Shown in pieces: positions 7,559 through 17,463 of a DNA stretch of 32,000 bases (the stretch's first letter is position 1; each line of letters opens with the position of its first letter). Position numbers and translations under genes: made by a program. The stretch is taken from the NCBI RefSeq assembly GCF_000009045.1, contig NC_000964.3, positions 4,183,607 through 4,215,606 of the forward strand, read 5' to 3'. This DNA is from Bacillus subtilis subsp. subtilis str. 168. GTDB lineage: Bacteria > Bacillota > Bacilli > Bacillales > Bacillaceae. Under the pieces are notes generated by a model. It worked only from the letters and a program-made list of their open reading frames with translations. It was not told the DNA's origin and did no database searches.

Positions 7559-7764
7559 AATATACACTAATTATAGGAAGAAGGTGATCCCATGCCAAAC
7601 AAAAGTAAACCCAATAGATTAATCAATGAGAAATCACCATATTTACTCCAACACGCCCACAACCCTGTGGACTGGTTCCCGTGGGGAGAAGAAGCTTTTG
7701 AAAAAGCAAAACGCGAAAACAAGCCGGTTCTGGTCAGCATCGGTTATTCGACTTGTCATTGGTG
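7559..7764 (+). repeat. Reference (intact) copy of the roughly 0.2-kb direct repeat formed by the yyaL RBS region and first 58 codons
   Basis: Direct-orientation copies at 5770-5975, 3797 to about 3967 and 2262 to about 2377 (see the pseudogene features). Confidence 0.8.
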
Positions 7765-9661
7765 CCACGTGATGGCCCACGAAAGCTTTGAAGACGAAGA
7801 AATCGCGCGTCTTCTCAATGAACGGTTTGTGGCGATTAAAGTCGACCGGGAAGAGCGGCCTGATGTGGATTCTGTTTATATGAGAATCTGCCAGCTGATG
7901 ACCGGGCAGGGCGGCTGGCCGCTGAATGTGTTTATCACGCCTGATCAAAAGCCGTTTTACGCGGGTACATATTTTCCAAAGACGAGCAAATTCAATCGTC
8001 CCGGTTTTGTTGATGTGCTTGAGCATCTGTCTGAGACGTTTGCGAACGACCGCGAGCATGTCGAGGATATTGCGGAGAACGCCGCTAAACATTTGCAGAC
8101 CAAAACAGCTGCAAAAACTGGTGAGGGCCTTAGCGAATCAGCGATTCACCGGACATTCCAGCAGCTTGCCAGCGGGTTTGACACGATCTACGGCGGTTTC
8201 GGGCAGGCACCGAAATTTCCAATGCCTCATATGCTGATGTATTTGCTACGTTATGATCACAATACAGGGCAGGAGAACGCTCTATACAACGTGACGAAAA
8301 CATTGGACAGCATGGCGAATGGCGGCATTTACGATCATATCGGCTATGGGTTCGCCCGCTATTCGACCGATGACGAGTGGCTCGTTCCCCACTTTGAAAA
8401 AATGCTGTACGACAATGCGCTGCTGCTGACCGCTTATACAGAAGCCTATCAGGTCACGCAAAACAGCCGCTATAAAGAGATTTGTGAGCAGATCATTACG
8501 TTCATTCAGAGGGAAATGACTCATGAAGACGGAAGCTTTTTCTCGGCTTTGGACGCGGACACAGAAGGAGAAGAAGGAAAGTACTACGTGTGGTCAAAGG
8601 AAGAGATTCTAAAAACGCTCGGGGACGATCTCGGAACGCTGTATTGCCAAGTGTATGACATCACTGAAGAAGGAAACTTTGAAGGCAAAAATATTCCTAA
8701 CCTCATTCACACAAAGCGAGAACAAATCAAAGAGGATGCCGGGTTAACCGAAAAAGAGCTCAGTCTCAAACTCGAAGACGCAAGACAGCAGCTCTTGAAG
8801 ACACGCGAGGAAAGAACCTATCCGCATGTCGATGATAAAGTGCTTACCTCATGGAACGCGCTGATGATCGCGGGTCTTGCGAAAGCGGCAAAGGTATACC
8901 AGGAGCCGAAATATCTCAGCCTAGCGAAAGACGCCATCACATTTATTGAAAACAAATTAATCATCGACGGCCGTGTGATGGTCCGATATCGTGATGGCGA
9001 AGTGAAAAACAAAGGCTTTATCGACGATTACGCTTTTCTCCTATGGGCTTATCTGGATCTCTATGAAGCTTCGTTTGATCTTTCTTATTTACAAAAAGCG
9101 AAGAAACTGACAGACGATATGATCAGCTTATTTTGGGATGAGGAGCATGGCGGATTCTACTTCACCGGACACGATGCAGAAGCCTTAATCGTACGGGAAA
9201 AAGAAGTGTACGACGGCGCCGTGCCTTCAGGAAACAGTGTGGCAGCTGTTCAGCTGCTGCGTCTCGGGCAAGTCACAGGCGACTTATCACTGATCGAAAA
9301 AGCGGAAACAATGTTTTCCGTGTTCAAGCCAGACATAGAAGCGTATCCGAGCGGCCATGCTTTCTTTATGCAAAGTGTGTTAAGGCATCTGATGCCTAAA
9401 AAAGAAATCGTGATTTTTGGCAGCGCAGACGATCCAGCCAGAAAACAAATTATAGCGGAGCTTCAAAAAGCCTTTAAGCCCAACGACTCCATTCTGGTGG
9501 CAGAGCAGCCCGAGCAATGCAAAGACATTGCGCCATTTGCAGCAGACTACCGCATCATAGACGGCAAAACAACCGTTTATATTTGTGAAAACTTCGCCTG
9601 CCAGCAACCGACAACAAATATTGAAGAAGCGATCCACACATTAATAAGCAGCAGGGATTAA
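7592..9661 (+). CDS. yyaL: Thioredoxin-domain protein of the DUF255/SSP411 family (N-terminal CxxC thioredoxin fold plus six-hairpin glycosidase-like domain)
   Basis: 689-aa ORF with GGAAGAAGGTGA RBS. CHWC motif at residues 55-58 and long alpha/alpha-toroid-like remainder. Confidence 0.9.
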
Positions 9662-10557
9662 GACCCTTGCTGCTTACTTTTTGATTTCTTATGGTACCAT
9701 AAAGCGATCCCCGCAAACACAAGGTTGACCGCTATCGTAAAGAAAGCCTCCCACATCGGGTTCCCCCGCGTAACGGTAAACAGAGAAGGAATTCCTCCAT
9801 ACACACTGTTTTTTTCTGTAATAAACATACACAAAAACATATTATTCGCGGCATGGGCGCCAAGTGATATTTCGATGCTCCCAGTTTTAATCGTGTAATA
9901 CGTCCACACAAACCCAAATGTTAAGTACTCAATTCCTGCCCAGACAGCGCCATTGTTCATTTCTGGATTCGCAAAATGCAATACGCCAAACAATCCTCCG
10001 ACAATCAGTGTCAAAAATAGAGGATTTTTCGTCAATCTCCCGAAAGCTTGAAGCAAAAATCCCCTGAAAAATAGTTCCTCAGCTGATGTCTGAATCGGAA
10101 CCAAAATGAGGGCAGCCGCTAGCAGCCAGATAAATCGTGATGCATTAAACTCTTGCATTGAATAGCTATCAGGATGAATCACAAAATCAATCAATTGTAC
10201 GGCGATCATTAGCAAGAAATAAGCAATAAAACCAAAGGAAATTCTCCGCCAATTCATCTTTGAATTTGGTGTTATCACCGTTCGGAAAGGCCGCTTCAAA
10301 ATAAAGCGCACAGCCAGCCAAACTCCCGGAATGGCGAATAAATAAATCACATGGGACAAATAAAGATCTACGAGGGGATCACTCAGCACAGCTTCATCCA
10401 AATCAAACGTGATATTGGGATTCACAATAACCGTGAACAATATAGCGAAAAGGTAAGCTATATTCCCTAATACATATAACCCTACCATCACCAAAAAAGC
10501 GAAAAAATATCTCCACAACGTATTGTTTCCTTCTATAGGACGGATAAATGAATTCAT
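9658..10557 (-). CDS. yyaK: CPBP-family (CAAX/Abi) intramembrane metalloprotease
   Basis: CPBP motifs are visible: [16 protein letters not shown] and HAANN. The track ORF is extended to a TTG at 10581; I prefer the ATG at 10557 (MNSFIRP..., 299 aa). Confidence 0.85.
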
Positions 10558-10782
10558 TCCTTCTATGTCTCTTCCTTTCAATGAGAATATTACTATATAT
10601 TTGCATAAATTGGTCTATGAATCTACTGTTTTGGAAATCTTTTAAGCAAAATTAAAATATAAAGTGTGAATTTAGTTCTTCCATCTAGTGATTTGAACTC
10701 TGTTGCCAATGAACCAAGATACTTATAATAGTCCCAAGAGGGGAATTTTCAGTCTTTTCTACTACTCAAAAGGGGGTTTTTT

Positions 10783-12138
10783 ATGAATACGATCTTCAAA
10801 CAAAAGAATACACATCCTTTCTCAAACGCAGCGAATCGTTTAGACCGCCTTCCGATTTCACGCGTTCATTTCCAAGTGTTAACCGCTCTCGGCATTGTTT
10901 ATTTCTTTGATCTCGCAGATTTATTTACCCTCAGCAACGTAGCGCCGGCACTGATCGAGCATTGGGGCATCCCGCTTTCAACTATTGCTAACGTAACGGC
11001 CGCTTCGTTTTTAGGCATGTTTTTAGGCGCTTCACTGGGCGGACGGCTGTCCGATCGAATCGGCCGCAAAAAAGCCTTAAATCTATTTGTCTTTGTTTTC
11101 TCAATCGCATCGCTATGCAATGCTGCGGCATGGGACATTCCATCTTTAATGACATTCCGTTTCCTCACCGGATTTGGCGTTGCAGCCGCCATGGTCATTA
11201 CGAATAGCTATTTGGCGGAATTTTTCCCTTCAAGTGTACGTGGAAAATATATTTCTTTTTGTGCCATGATTGGATTGATTGGGGTTCCGATCACCAACAT
11301 TGTGTCTGCCTTTGTCATTCCTCTTGGTTCATGGGGATGGAGGCTAGTATTTGTATGGGGTGCCGTCGGCCTTATTTATTTTTTCTTCATCCACCGTCTG
11401 GAAGAGTCACCTCGCTGGCACGAAAATCGCGGGGAATATGCGAAAGCCGATGCGATCCTCACCCGAATTGAAGAACAGGTTGAAAAGGAGAAAGGCCCGC
11501 TTCCGGCAGCATCCCAGCCTAAAGTAAGCGAAACTGTTAAGCAGAATGCAGGTTACGCAGGCTTATTGAAAGGCAGAAACCTCAAAATTACCATCGTATT
11601 ATCTGCTGTATGGATTTTTGAAACGTTTGGGTTTTACGGATTTGCTTCATGGGTTCCAAGCCTGCTAAAAAGCAATGGCGTAACCATGGAAAATACATTA
11701 TGGTATAACGTATTGCATTCCGTCGGCGCTCCACTTGGCGCACTGCTCGGCTCCATGATTTCCGAAAGATTTCAAAGAAAATGGATTTTAGCTGCGAGTG
11801 CGTTTCTGACGGCCATCGCCGGGCTCTTATATGGTATGACTTTTATTCCCATCATGATCATTGTATTTGGTTTTATCGTGAATATCACAGAACGGGTCTT
11901 TACCTCGAACTTATACGCCTATACATCTGAACCTTATCCGACTGAATACCGCTCGTCTGGCAGCGGTTTAGCCTATGGTCTTGGCCGTTTTTCAAACATT
12001 TTTGGCTCATTGCTTGTCGGATTTATTGCCGTTCAGCTCGGCTATATCAGCGTCTTCTTATTTATTGGGGGCTGTTGGCTCGCATGCTCCTTGCTGTTAA
12101 TCTTCTTCGGTCCTAATACGAATGCAAAACAGATTTAA
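10783..12138 (+). CDS. yyaJ: MFS transporter (12 TMS, sugar-porter/SV2-like)
   Basis: 451-aa ORF with AAGGGGG RBS. MFS signature GGRLSDRIGRKK between TM2 and TM3. Confidence 0.85.
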   Translation: MNTIFKQKNTHPFSNAANRLDRLPISRVHFQVLTALGIVYFFDLADLFTLSNVAPALIEHWGIPLSTIANVTAASFLGMFLGASLGGRLSDRIGRKKALNLFVFVFSIASLCNAAAWDIPSLMTFRFLTGFGVAAAMVITNSYLAEFFPSSVRGKYISFCAMIGLIGVPITNIVSAFVIPLGSWGWRLVFVWGAVGLIYFFFIHRLEESPRWHENRGEYAKADAILTRIEEQVEKEKGPLPAASQPKVSETVKQNAGYAGLLKGRNLKITIVLSAVWIFETFGFYGFASWVPSLLKSNGVTMENTLWYNVLHSVGAPLGALLGSMISERFQRKWILAASAFLTAIAGLLYGMTFIPIMIIVFGFIVNITERVFTSNLYAYTSEPYPTEYRSSGSGLAYGLGRFSNIFGSLLVGFIAVQLGYISVFLFIGGCWLACSLLLIFFGPNTNAKQI

Positions 12139-12140
12139 AA

Positions 12141-12169
12141 AAGTCAGTGCGGATCTGCCGCACTGATCT
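12141..12169. terminator. Bidirectional terminator between convergent yyaJ and maa
   Basis: TCAGTGCGG (12144-12152) pairs with CCGCACTGA (12158-12166). A plus-strand A-run precedes the stem, giving a T-run on the minus strand. Confidence 0.6.
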
Positions 12170-12171
12170 CA

Positions 12172-12726
12172 TTACAATTGCTTCAAAATCCTTGCGGGGT
12201 TTCCGCCTACAACAGTATTAGCGGGTACATCCTTAGTGACAACAGATCCAGAAGCAATCACTGCGTTATCACCGATTGTCACTCCCGGGTTAATCACCGC
12301 CCGGCCTCCAATCCAAACTTGATCTCCAATTGTCACAGGCTTACCGAACTCCTTCCCGGATTTCCTTTCGATCGGATCAAGAGGATGACCGGCCGTGTAG
12401 ATATGTACACCTGGCGCAATCAAACAATGACAGCCGATACGCACCTCACACACATCTAAAATGACACAGTCAAAATTAACAAATGTATGATCTCCGATAT
12501 GAATGTGATAGCCATAATCACAGCGGAATGTCGGCAAAATCGTGACTTGATCCCCAACCGAACCGAGCAGCTCCTTCAAAAGCTTCGTCCGCACTGCATC
12601 ATCTTCCGGTGTTTCGTTGTATTGTCTAATCAGCTGTCTCGCATGCTTGCGTTCTAGTAATAGTTGTTGATCTTCCGAATTGTATAATTCTCCGGCTGCC
12701 ATTTTTTCTTTTTCTGTCCTCAGCAT
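12172..12726 (-). CDS. maa: Maltose O-acetyltransferase (hexapeptide-repeat left-handed beta-helix)
   Basis: 184-aa ORF with the N-terminal Mac domain ([17 protein letters not shown]...) and hexapeptide repeats ([13 protein letters not shown]). Confidence 0.9.
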   Translation of the reverse strand: MLRTEKEKMAAGELYNSEDQQLLLERKHARQLIRQYNETPEDDAVRTKLLKELLGSVGDQVTILPTFRCDYGYHIHIGDHTFVNFDCVILDVCEVRIGCHCLIAPGVHIYTAGHPLDPIERKSGKEFGKPVTIGDQVWIGGRAVINPGVTIGDNAVIASGSVVTKDVPANTVVGGNPARILKQL

Positions 12727-12743
12727 TTAAGTCACTCCAGATG

Positions 12744-13124
12744 TCAGATTGTAATCTCGATCAAATTTCCTTCATCATCCTCAATCACGCTTTCATAGTA
12801 GCCGTCTCCTGTTGTCCTCGGGCCGTTTACTACTGCGAAACCATCCGCCTTCAATCGATCAGTCAGTTCGTCAACTTTCTCCCGGCTCCCAACGGAAAAG
12901 GCAATATGTGCCCAGCCTGTCATTGTTTGTGAGGGCGGATCGGTCACATTCCCTTTTTTCATAATTTCCAGCCTTGCTCCGGAATCAAACGTAATAAAAT
13001 AAGACTTAAAATCTTTTTTCTCATTATGATACAAATCATTCGCTTCGCCATTAAAATACGATTCATAAAAAGACTTCATTCGCTCTAAATCATTGACCCA
13101 GACCGCTGTATGTTCAATCTGCAT
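12744..13124 (-). CDS. yyaH: VOC-superfamily (glyoxalase/bleomycin-resistance fold) protein
   Basis: The track ORF is over-extended to 13271. GGAGGAGG RBS precedes the ATG at 13124, giving 126 aa ([20 protein letters not shown]...). Confidence 0.85.
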
Positions 13125-13163
13125 TTCTTCCTCCTCCTTCGCCTTCAATGAAGTTATAAGGTA

Positions 13164-13177
13164 TGAAATGCATTTCA
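13164..13177. promoter_or_regulatory. Perfect 14-bp palindrome TGAAATGCATTTCA, a LacI/GalR-type operator-like site
   Basis: Read directly. It lies 2 nt past the ccpB stop and about 46 nt upstream of the yyaH start. On the minus strand it is flanked by a -35-like TTGAAC (13178-13183) and a -10-like TATAAC (13153-13158). Confidence 0.4.
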
Positions 13178-13179
13178 GT

Positions 13180-14115
13180 TCAAGCTTTTTTCTTAAATTT
13201 ATGCTGAATTTTGATATCAGCGGGTTCATCCTGCAAAAATAGAGAAAATGCTGCGATGCCGAGCTGCTCAAGATTCAAATCAAGCGACGGAAAACCAAGA
13301 ACACGGCTGATAGAAGTATTTCCCTCGCCTATGATTTCAACATCCCAATTATTCTTTTTGGCAAATAGATGAATTCCAGCTGCCACTTCATCACTATTTG
13401 CATAAATAGCAGTCGGAACCCGCCCGCTCATATAAAAATGTTCAGCTGCCAGCTCACCATCATTCATATCGTTGCATCCGGACAGCATATGGCGGTCTTC
13501 CAACCTTCCGCAGACAGCTTTATAGGCCGCAGCTTTATCAGCCGTGCTCGGGCTCCTATCAGCTTCTCTGACACACGTAAAAGCAATATTCTCATGCCCG
13601 CGGCTCTTTAAATAGCGAAAGCTCTCTGCATAAGCAGTTTTTCTGTCATTAAAAGCACAAGGGACATCAATGTCTCCGGTATCCTCACAAGCGATGACCG
13701 GCCCATATTCCTGATAAGCTAAAATGCTGTCCCAATGATTGGCGCGGGAAGTAATGATGAGACCGTCTATTTTCTTCGTTCTTAACAGCTCTAAATATTT
13801 GATTTCAATATCGGGGTTATAATTGGTGGGGAGAAGGGTCGTTGCATACTCATGCTGAAAAGCCGCCTTGGTGATTCCGTTAACGATTTTATCAAAGCAG
13901 GGATGATCGCTATAAGGCAGAATCACACCGACCGTATGGGTTTTCCCGCGAATGAGATCGATTGCGGTTCGATTTGGTGTATAATCCAATTCCTTCATGA
14001 CTTGATGAACAAGCTTTCTCTTTTCTTCAGATACATACGGATGATGATTCAATACACGCGAGACAGTCGAAACAGATACATTTGCCAGTCTTGCGATCTC
14101 TTTTATATTTGCCAT
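13180..14115 (-). CDS. ccpB: LacI/GalR-family regulator, catabolite control protein B
   Basis: The track ORF is over-extended to 14385. AAGGAG precedes the ATG at 14115, giving 311 aa. N-terminal [26 protein letters not shown]. Confidence 0.9.
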
Positions 14116-14134
14116 CTCTTTCTCCTTTTCATAT

Positions 14135-14167
14135 AAAAAAAGCAGTAAGTGTAAAATCCTTACTGCT
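14135..14167 (-). terminator. Rho-independent terminator of exoA
   Basis: AGCAGTAAG (14141-14149) pairs with CTTACTGCT (14159-14167). A T-run follows on the minus strand (plus-strand A-run 14135-14140). Confidence 0.65.
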
Positions 14168-14173
14168 ATCTCA

Positions 14174-14932
14174 TCATATATTGATGATAAGTTCAACAGG
14201 ACAATGGTCGGAACCCATGACGTCCGCTGATATGCTGGCATCTTCAATCTGTTCCTTAAGGCTTTCAGAAACAACAAAATAATCAATCCGCCATCCAATA
14301 TTTCTGTCCCGGGCGCCGGCACGATACGACCACCAGGAATAAGCGCCTTCAAGATCAGGATAAACATGACGAAAAGAATCAACAAAGCCAGCTTCTAAGA
14401 AACGAGTGAATGCCTCTCTTTCTTGATCTGAAAATCCAGCGTTATTCCGGTTCGCCTTTGGATTTTTCAAGTCAATCTCCTGATGGGCTACATTCAAATC
14501 ACCGCATAAAATCACTGGTTTTTTCTGATCCAATTCAAGAATATAAGACAGTAAAGCCTCTTCCCATTGCATGCGGTAATCAATCCGCTCTAATCCCCTT
14601 CTGGAATTGGGCGTGTAAACAGTCATCACAAACACGTTTTCAAATTCCAGCGTAATCACTCTGCCTTCTTGGTCATGCTCTTCTACTCCGATACCGTAGA
14701 TGACCTGCAGCGGTTCTTGCTTAGAAAAAACAGCTGTGCCGGAATATCCTTTTTTCACTGCATAATTCCAGTACACATGATAGTCTTCAGGCTGGAGATC
14801 AACCTGGCCGTCCTGTATCTTCGTTTCCTGAAGACATATAATATCTGCATCCTCTTCTTTCAAATAAGAGAGGAAATCCATTTTTCTCATCACAGCCCGC
14901 AGGCCGTTTACATTCCATGAAATCAACTTCAT
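14174..14932 (-). CDS. exoA: Exodeoxyribonuclease III-family AP endonuclease
   Basis: 252-aa ORF ([13 protein letters not shown]...SDHCPVEL) with classic ExoIII/APE1 motifs. Confidence 0.92.
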   Translation of the reverse strand: MKLISWNVNGLRAVMRKMDFLSYLKEEDADIICLQETKIQDGQVDLQPEDYHVYWNYAVKKGYSGTAVFSKQEPLQVIYGIGVEEHDQEGRVITLEFENVFVMTVYTPNSRRGLERIDYRMQWEEALLSYILELDQKKPVILCGDLNVAHQEIDLKNPKANRNNAGFSDQEREAFTRFLEAGFVDSFRHVYPDLEGAYSWWSYRAGARDRNIGWRIDYFVVSESLKEQIEDASISADVMGSDHCPVELIINI

Positions 14933-14951
14933 GTTTCATCCTCCCCCCTAT

Positions 14952-14985
14952 AAAAAAGAGCAAGAACCCGAAGGTCCTTGCTCTT
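14952..14985 (-). terminator. Rho-independent terminator of the rpsF-ssbA-rpsR operon
   Basis: AAGAGCAAGAACC/GGTCCTTGCTCTT stem with a T-run on the minus strand. Confidence 0.7.
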
Positions 14986-14996
14986 TACATATCAGC

Positions 14997-15263
<267 letters not shown>

Positions 15264-15279
15264 TTAGGCGATAATCACA

Positions 15280-15798
15280 TTAGAATGGAAGATCATCATC
15301 CGAGATGTCAATCGGTTTGCCGTCGTTGGCAAATGGGTCATCATTAAAGCTGTTCCCCTGATTGCGTCTCTGGTTGTTTTGATTTCCCCCAAATGGATTA
15401 TCATTTTGGCCTCCGCCAAAGTACTGGCCTCCGCCGCTGTTTCCTTCGTTGTATCCACCTGAACCAGAACCGCCGCCGTTTTTCGGCTCAAGAAATTGAA
15501 CACTTTCAGCTTGGACCTCTGTCACGAAGACACGCTGTCCTTGCTGGTTTTCATAGTTTCTTGTTTGTAAACGGCCATCTACGCCTGCAAGGCTTCCTTT
15601 TTTCAAGAAGTTTGCAACGTTTTCGGCTTGTCTTCTCCAAGTGACACAATTAATGAAATCGGCCTCACGTTCTCCGGACTGGTTCGTAAATGTACGATTC
15701 ACAGCAAGAGTAAACGTAGCAACAGCCGCACCGTTTGGCGTATAACGAAGCTCTGGGTCTTTTGTCAGTCTTCCGACTAATACAACTCGGTTAAGCAT
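15280..15798 (-). CDS. ssbA: Single-stranded DNA-binding protein
   Basis: 172 aa from the ATG at 15798 ([23 protein letters not shown]...). OB fold, Gly/Asn/Gln-rich linker and acidic tip DISDDDLPF. Confidence 0.95.
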   Translation of the reverse strand: MLNRVVLVGRLTKDPELRYTPNGAAVATFTLAVNRTFTNQSGEREADFINCVTWRRQAENVANFLKKGSLAGVDGRLQTRNYENQQGQRVFVTEVQAESVQFLEPKNGGGSGSGGYNEGNSGGGQYFGGGQNDNPFGGNQNNQRRNQGNSFNDDPFANDGKPIDISDDDLPF

Positions 15799-15838
15799 AA
15801 GAAAGACCACCTTTTACCATTATATATTTCAAAATTGC

Positions 15839-16200
<362 letters not shown>

Positions 16201-16229
16201 ATTATACCAAAGCTCTTGTCCCTTTACAA
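16201..16229 (-). promoter_or_regulatory. SigA-type promoter of rpsF-ssbA-rpsR: TTGTAA - 17 nt - TGgTATAAT (extended -10)
   Basis: On the plus strand, TTACAA lies at 16224-16229 and ATTATA at 16201-16206, 17 nt apart. Confidence 0.6.
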
Positions 16230-16236
16230 CTGCATC

Positions 16237-17337
16237 CTATACATTAAATCGGAAATGAATAACATCTCCGTCTTGGACCACATATTCTTTCCCTTCAAGG
16301 CGGACTTTTCCTGCCTCTTTAGCTCCTGCCATACCGCCGCCCGCAAGAAGATCCTCATAAGCAACTGTCTCAGCACGAATGAAGCCCCGCTCAAAGTCAC
16401 TATGAATAATTCCTGCACACTCAGGGGCTTTCATGCCTTTTTTGAATGTCCAAGCTCTGACTTCCTGTTCTCCGGCTGTGAAATATGTTGCGAGGCCGAG
16501 AAGAGAGTAAGACGCTTTGATCAGCTGATCAAGACCTGATTCTTGAATGCCCAGCTCTTCCAAGAACATTTGCTTTTCTTCGCCTTCAAGCTCAGCGATT
16601 TCAGATTCGATTTTTGCACACACAACGATAACTTCTGCGTTTTCGCCGGCAGCGTACTCGCGAATCTTCGCTACATTTTCATTGCCAGATGGATCAGCAA
16701 CTTCATCTTCACTTACGTTGGCCACGTACAAAATAGGCTTCGAAGTCAGTAAATGGAGCTGCTTCACAAGCTTTTGCTGCTCTTCAGTGAATTCTACAGA
16801 TCGAGCAGGCTTTTCACTCTCAAACGCTTCTTTCAGTTTAGATAAAATCTCAAACTCAAATACAGCGTCTTTATCTTTTTGCTTCGCAAGCTTGCTGACG
16901 CGTGTAATCCGCTTTTCAACTGTTTCCATATCAGCGAGGATCAGCTCAAGGTTGATCGTTTCAATGTCATCAATCGGATCAACCTTTCCGGAAACGTGTG
17001 TAATGTTGTCATCGGAAAAAGCACGGACAACGTGGCAAATCGCGTCAACTTGGCGAATATGAGATAGGAACTTGTTGCCGAGTCCTTCTCCTTTAGATGC
17101 GCCCTTTACAATCCCTGCAATATCAGTGAATTCAAAAGCAGTCGGCACAGTCTTCTTCGGGTTGACCAGCTCAGTCAGCTTTTGCAGACGATCATCCGGC
17201 ACCTCTACAATTCCCACGTTCGGATCAATTGTACAGAACGGGTAGTTGGCTGATTCGGCACCGGCCTGTGTAATTGCGTTAAATAGTGTTGATTTTCCGA
17301 CGTTCGGCAAACCAACAATTCCAGCTGTTAAAGCCAT
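16237..17337 (-). CDS. ychF: Ribosome-binding ATPase YchF/EngD (Obg-like)
   Basis: The track ORF is over-extended to 17424. The conserved start is [23 protein letters not shown] at 17337, giving 366 aa. Confidence 0.95.
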   Translation of the reverse strand: MALTAGIVGLPNVGKSTLFNAITQAGAESANYPFCTIDPNVGIVEVPDDRLQKLTELVNPKKTVPTAFEFTDIAGIVKGASKGEGLGNKFLSHIRQVDAICHVVRAFSDDNITHVSGKVDPIDDIETINLELILADMETVEKRITRVSKLAKQKDKDAVFEFEILSKLKEAFESEKPARSVEFTEEQQKLVKQLHLLTSKPILYVANVSEDEVADPSGNENVAKIREYAAGENAEVIVVCAKIESEIAELEGEEKQMFLEELGIQESGLDQLIKASYSLLGLATYFTAGEQEVRAWTFKKGMKAPECAGIIHSDFERGFIRAETVAYEDLLAGGGMAGAKEAGKVRLEGKEYVVQDGDVIHFRFNV

Positions 17338-17414
17338 TCTTTCATCTCCTCTATATAAAACCGTCATTGTATGAACGTATTTTGAACCTAGAGCAATTAT
17401 AAGGAGGTTCACTG

Positions 17415-17450
17415 GAAAAGACAAGCTGACAAAAAAGCATTTTCAGCTTG
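17415..17450 (-). terminator. Hairpin with T-tract downstream of yyaE
   Basis: CAAGCTGA/TCAGCTTG stem (17422-17429 and 17443-17450), followed on the minus strand by TCTTTTCC. Confidence 0.5.
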
Positions 17451-17463
17451 CCAATCCCTTTGA

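Noticed and set aside
7766-7771. CACGTG core next to the yyaL repeat breakpoint as a second parS site
   Set aside because: The flanks (GGTGC...ATGGC) do not match the TGTTN...AAACA arms of parS. Only the central hexamer is shared.
12284-12289. CCCGGG (also at about 14307) as a Noc-binding site (consensus ATTTCCCGGGAAAT)
   Set aside because: The flanking bases (CACT...TTAA and TCTGT...CGCC) match the A/T arms poorly, and both sites are inside coding sequence. I cannot support either without a matrix scan or ChIP data.
13125-14385. Track ORFs suggesting a 401-aa CcpB and a 175-aa YyaH that overlap neighbouring genes
   Set aside because: These are 5' over-extensions through upstream non-stop sequence. 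Good RBSs and the conserved N-termini (the Lac[14 protein letters not shown]... and the VOC start MQIEHTAVW...) place the real starts at 14115 and 13124.
15300-15480. Repetitive GGN/AAY-rich stretch that looks like a tandem repeat
   Set aside because: It encodes the Gly/Asn/Gln-rich disordered linker of SsbA ([36 protein letters not shown]). This is normal for SSB proteins and is not an independent repeat element.
16547-17062. 171-aa plus-strand ORF, and similar long ORFs at 26123..26593, 7643..8092, 4735..5130, 19156..19599 and 27660..27971
   Set aside because: All lie antisense to, and within, strongly supported genes (ychF, mnmG, yyaL, tetB, yyaE). They have low-complexity Ser/Phe/Arg-rich translations and no RBS, so they are shadow ORFs.
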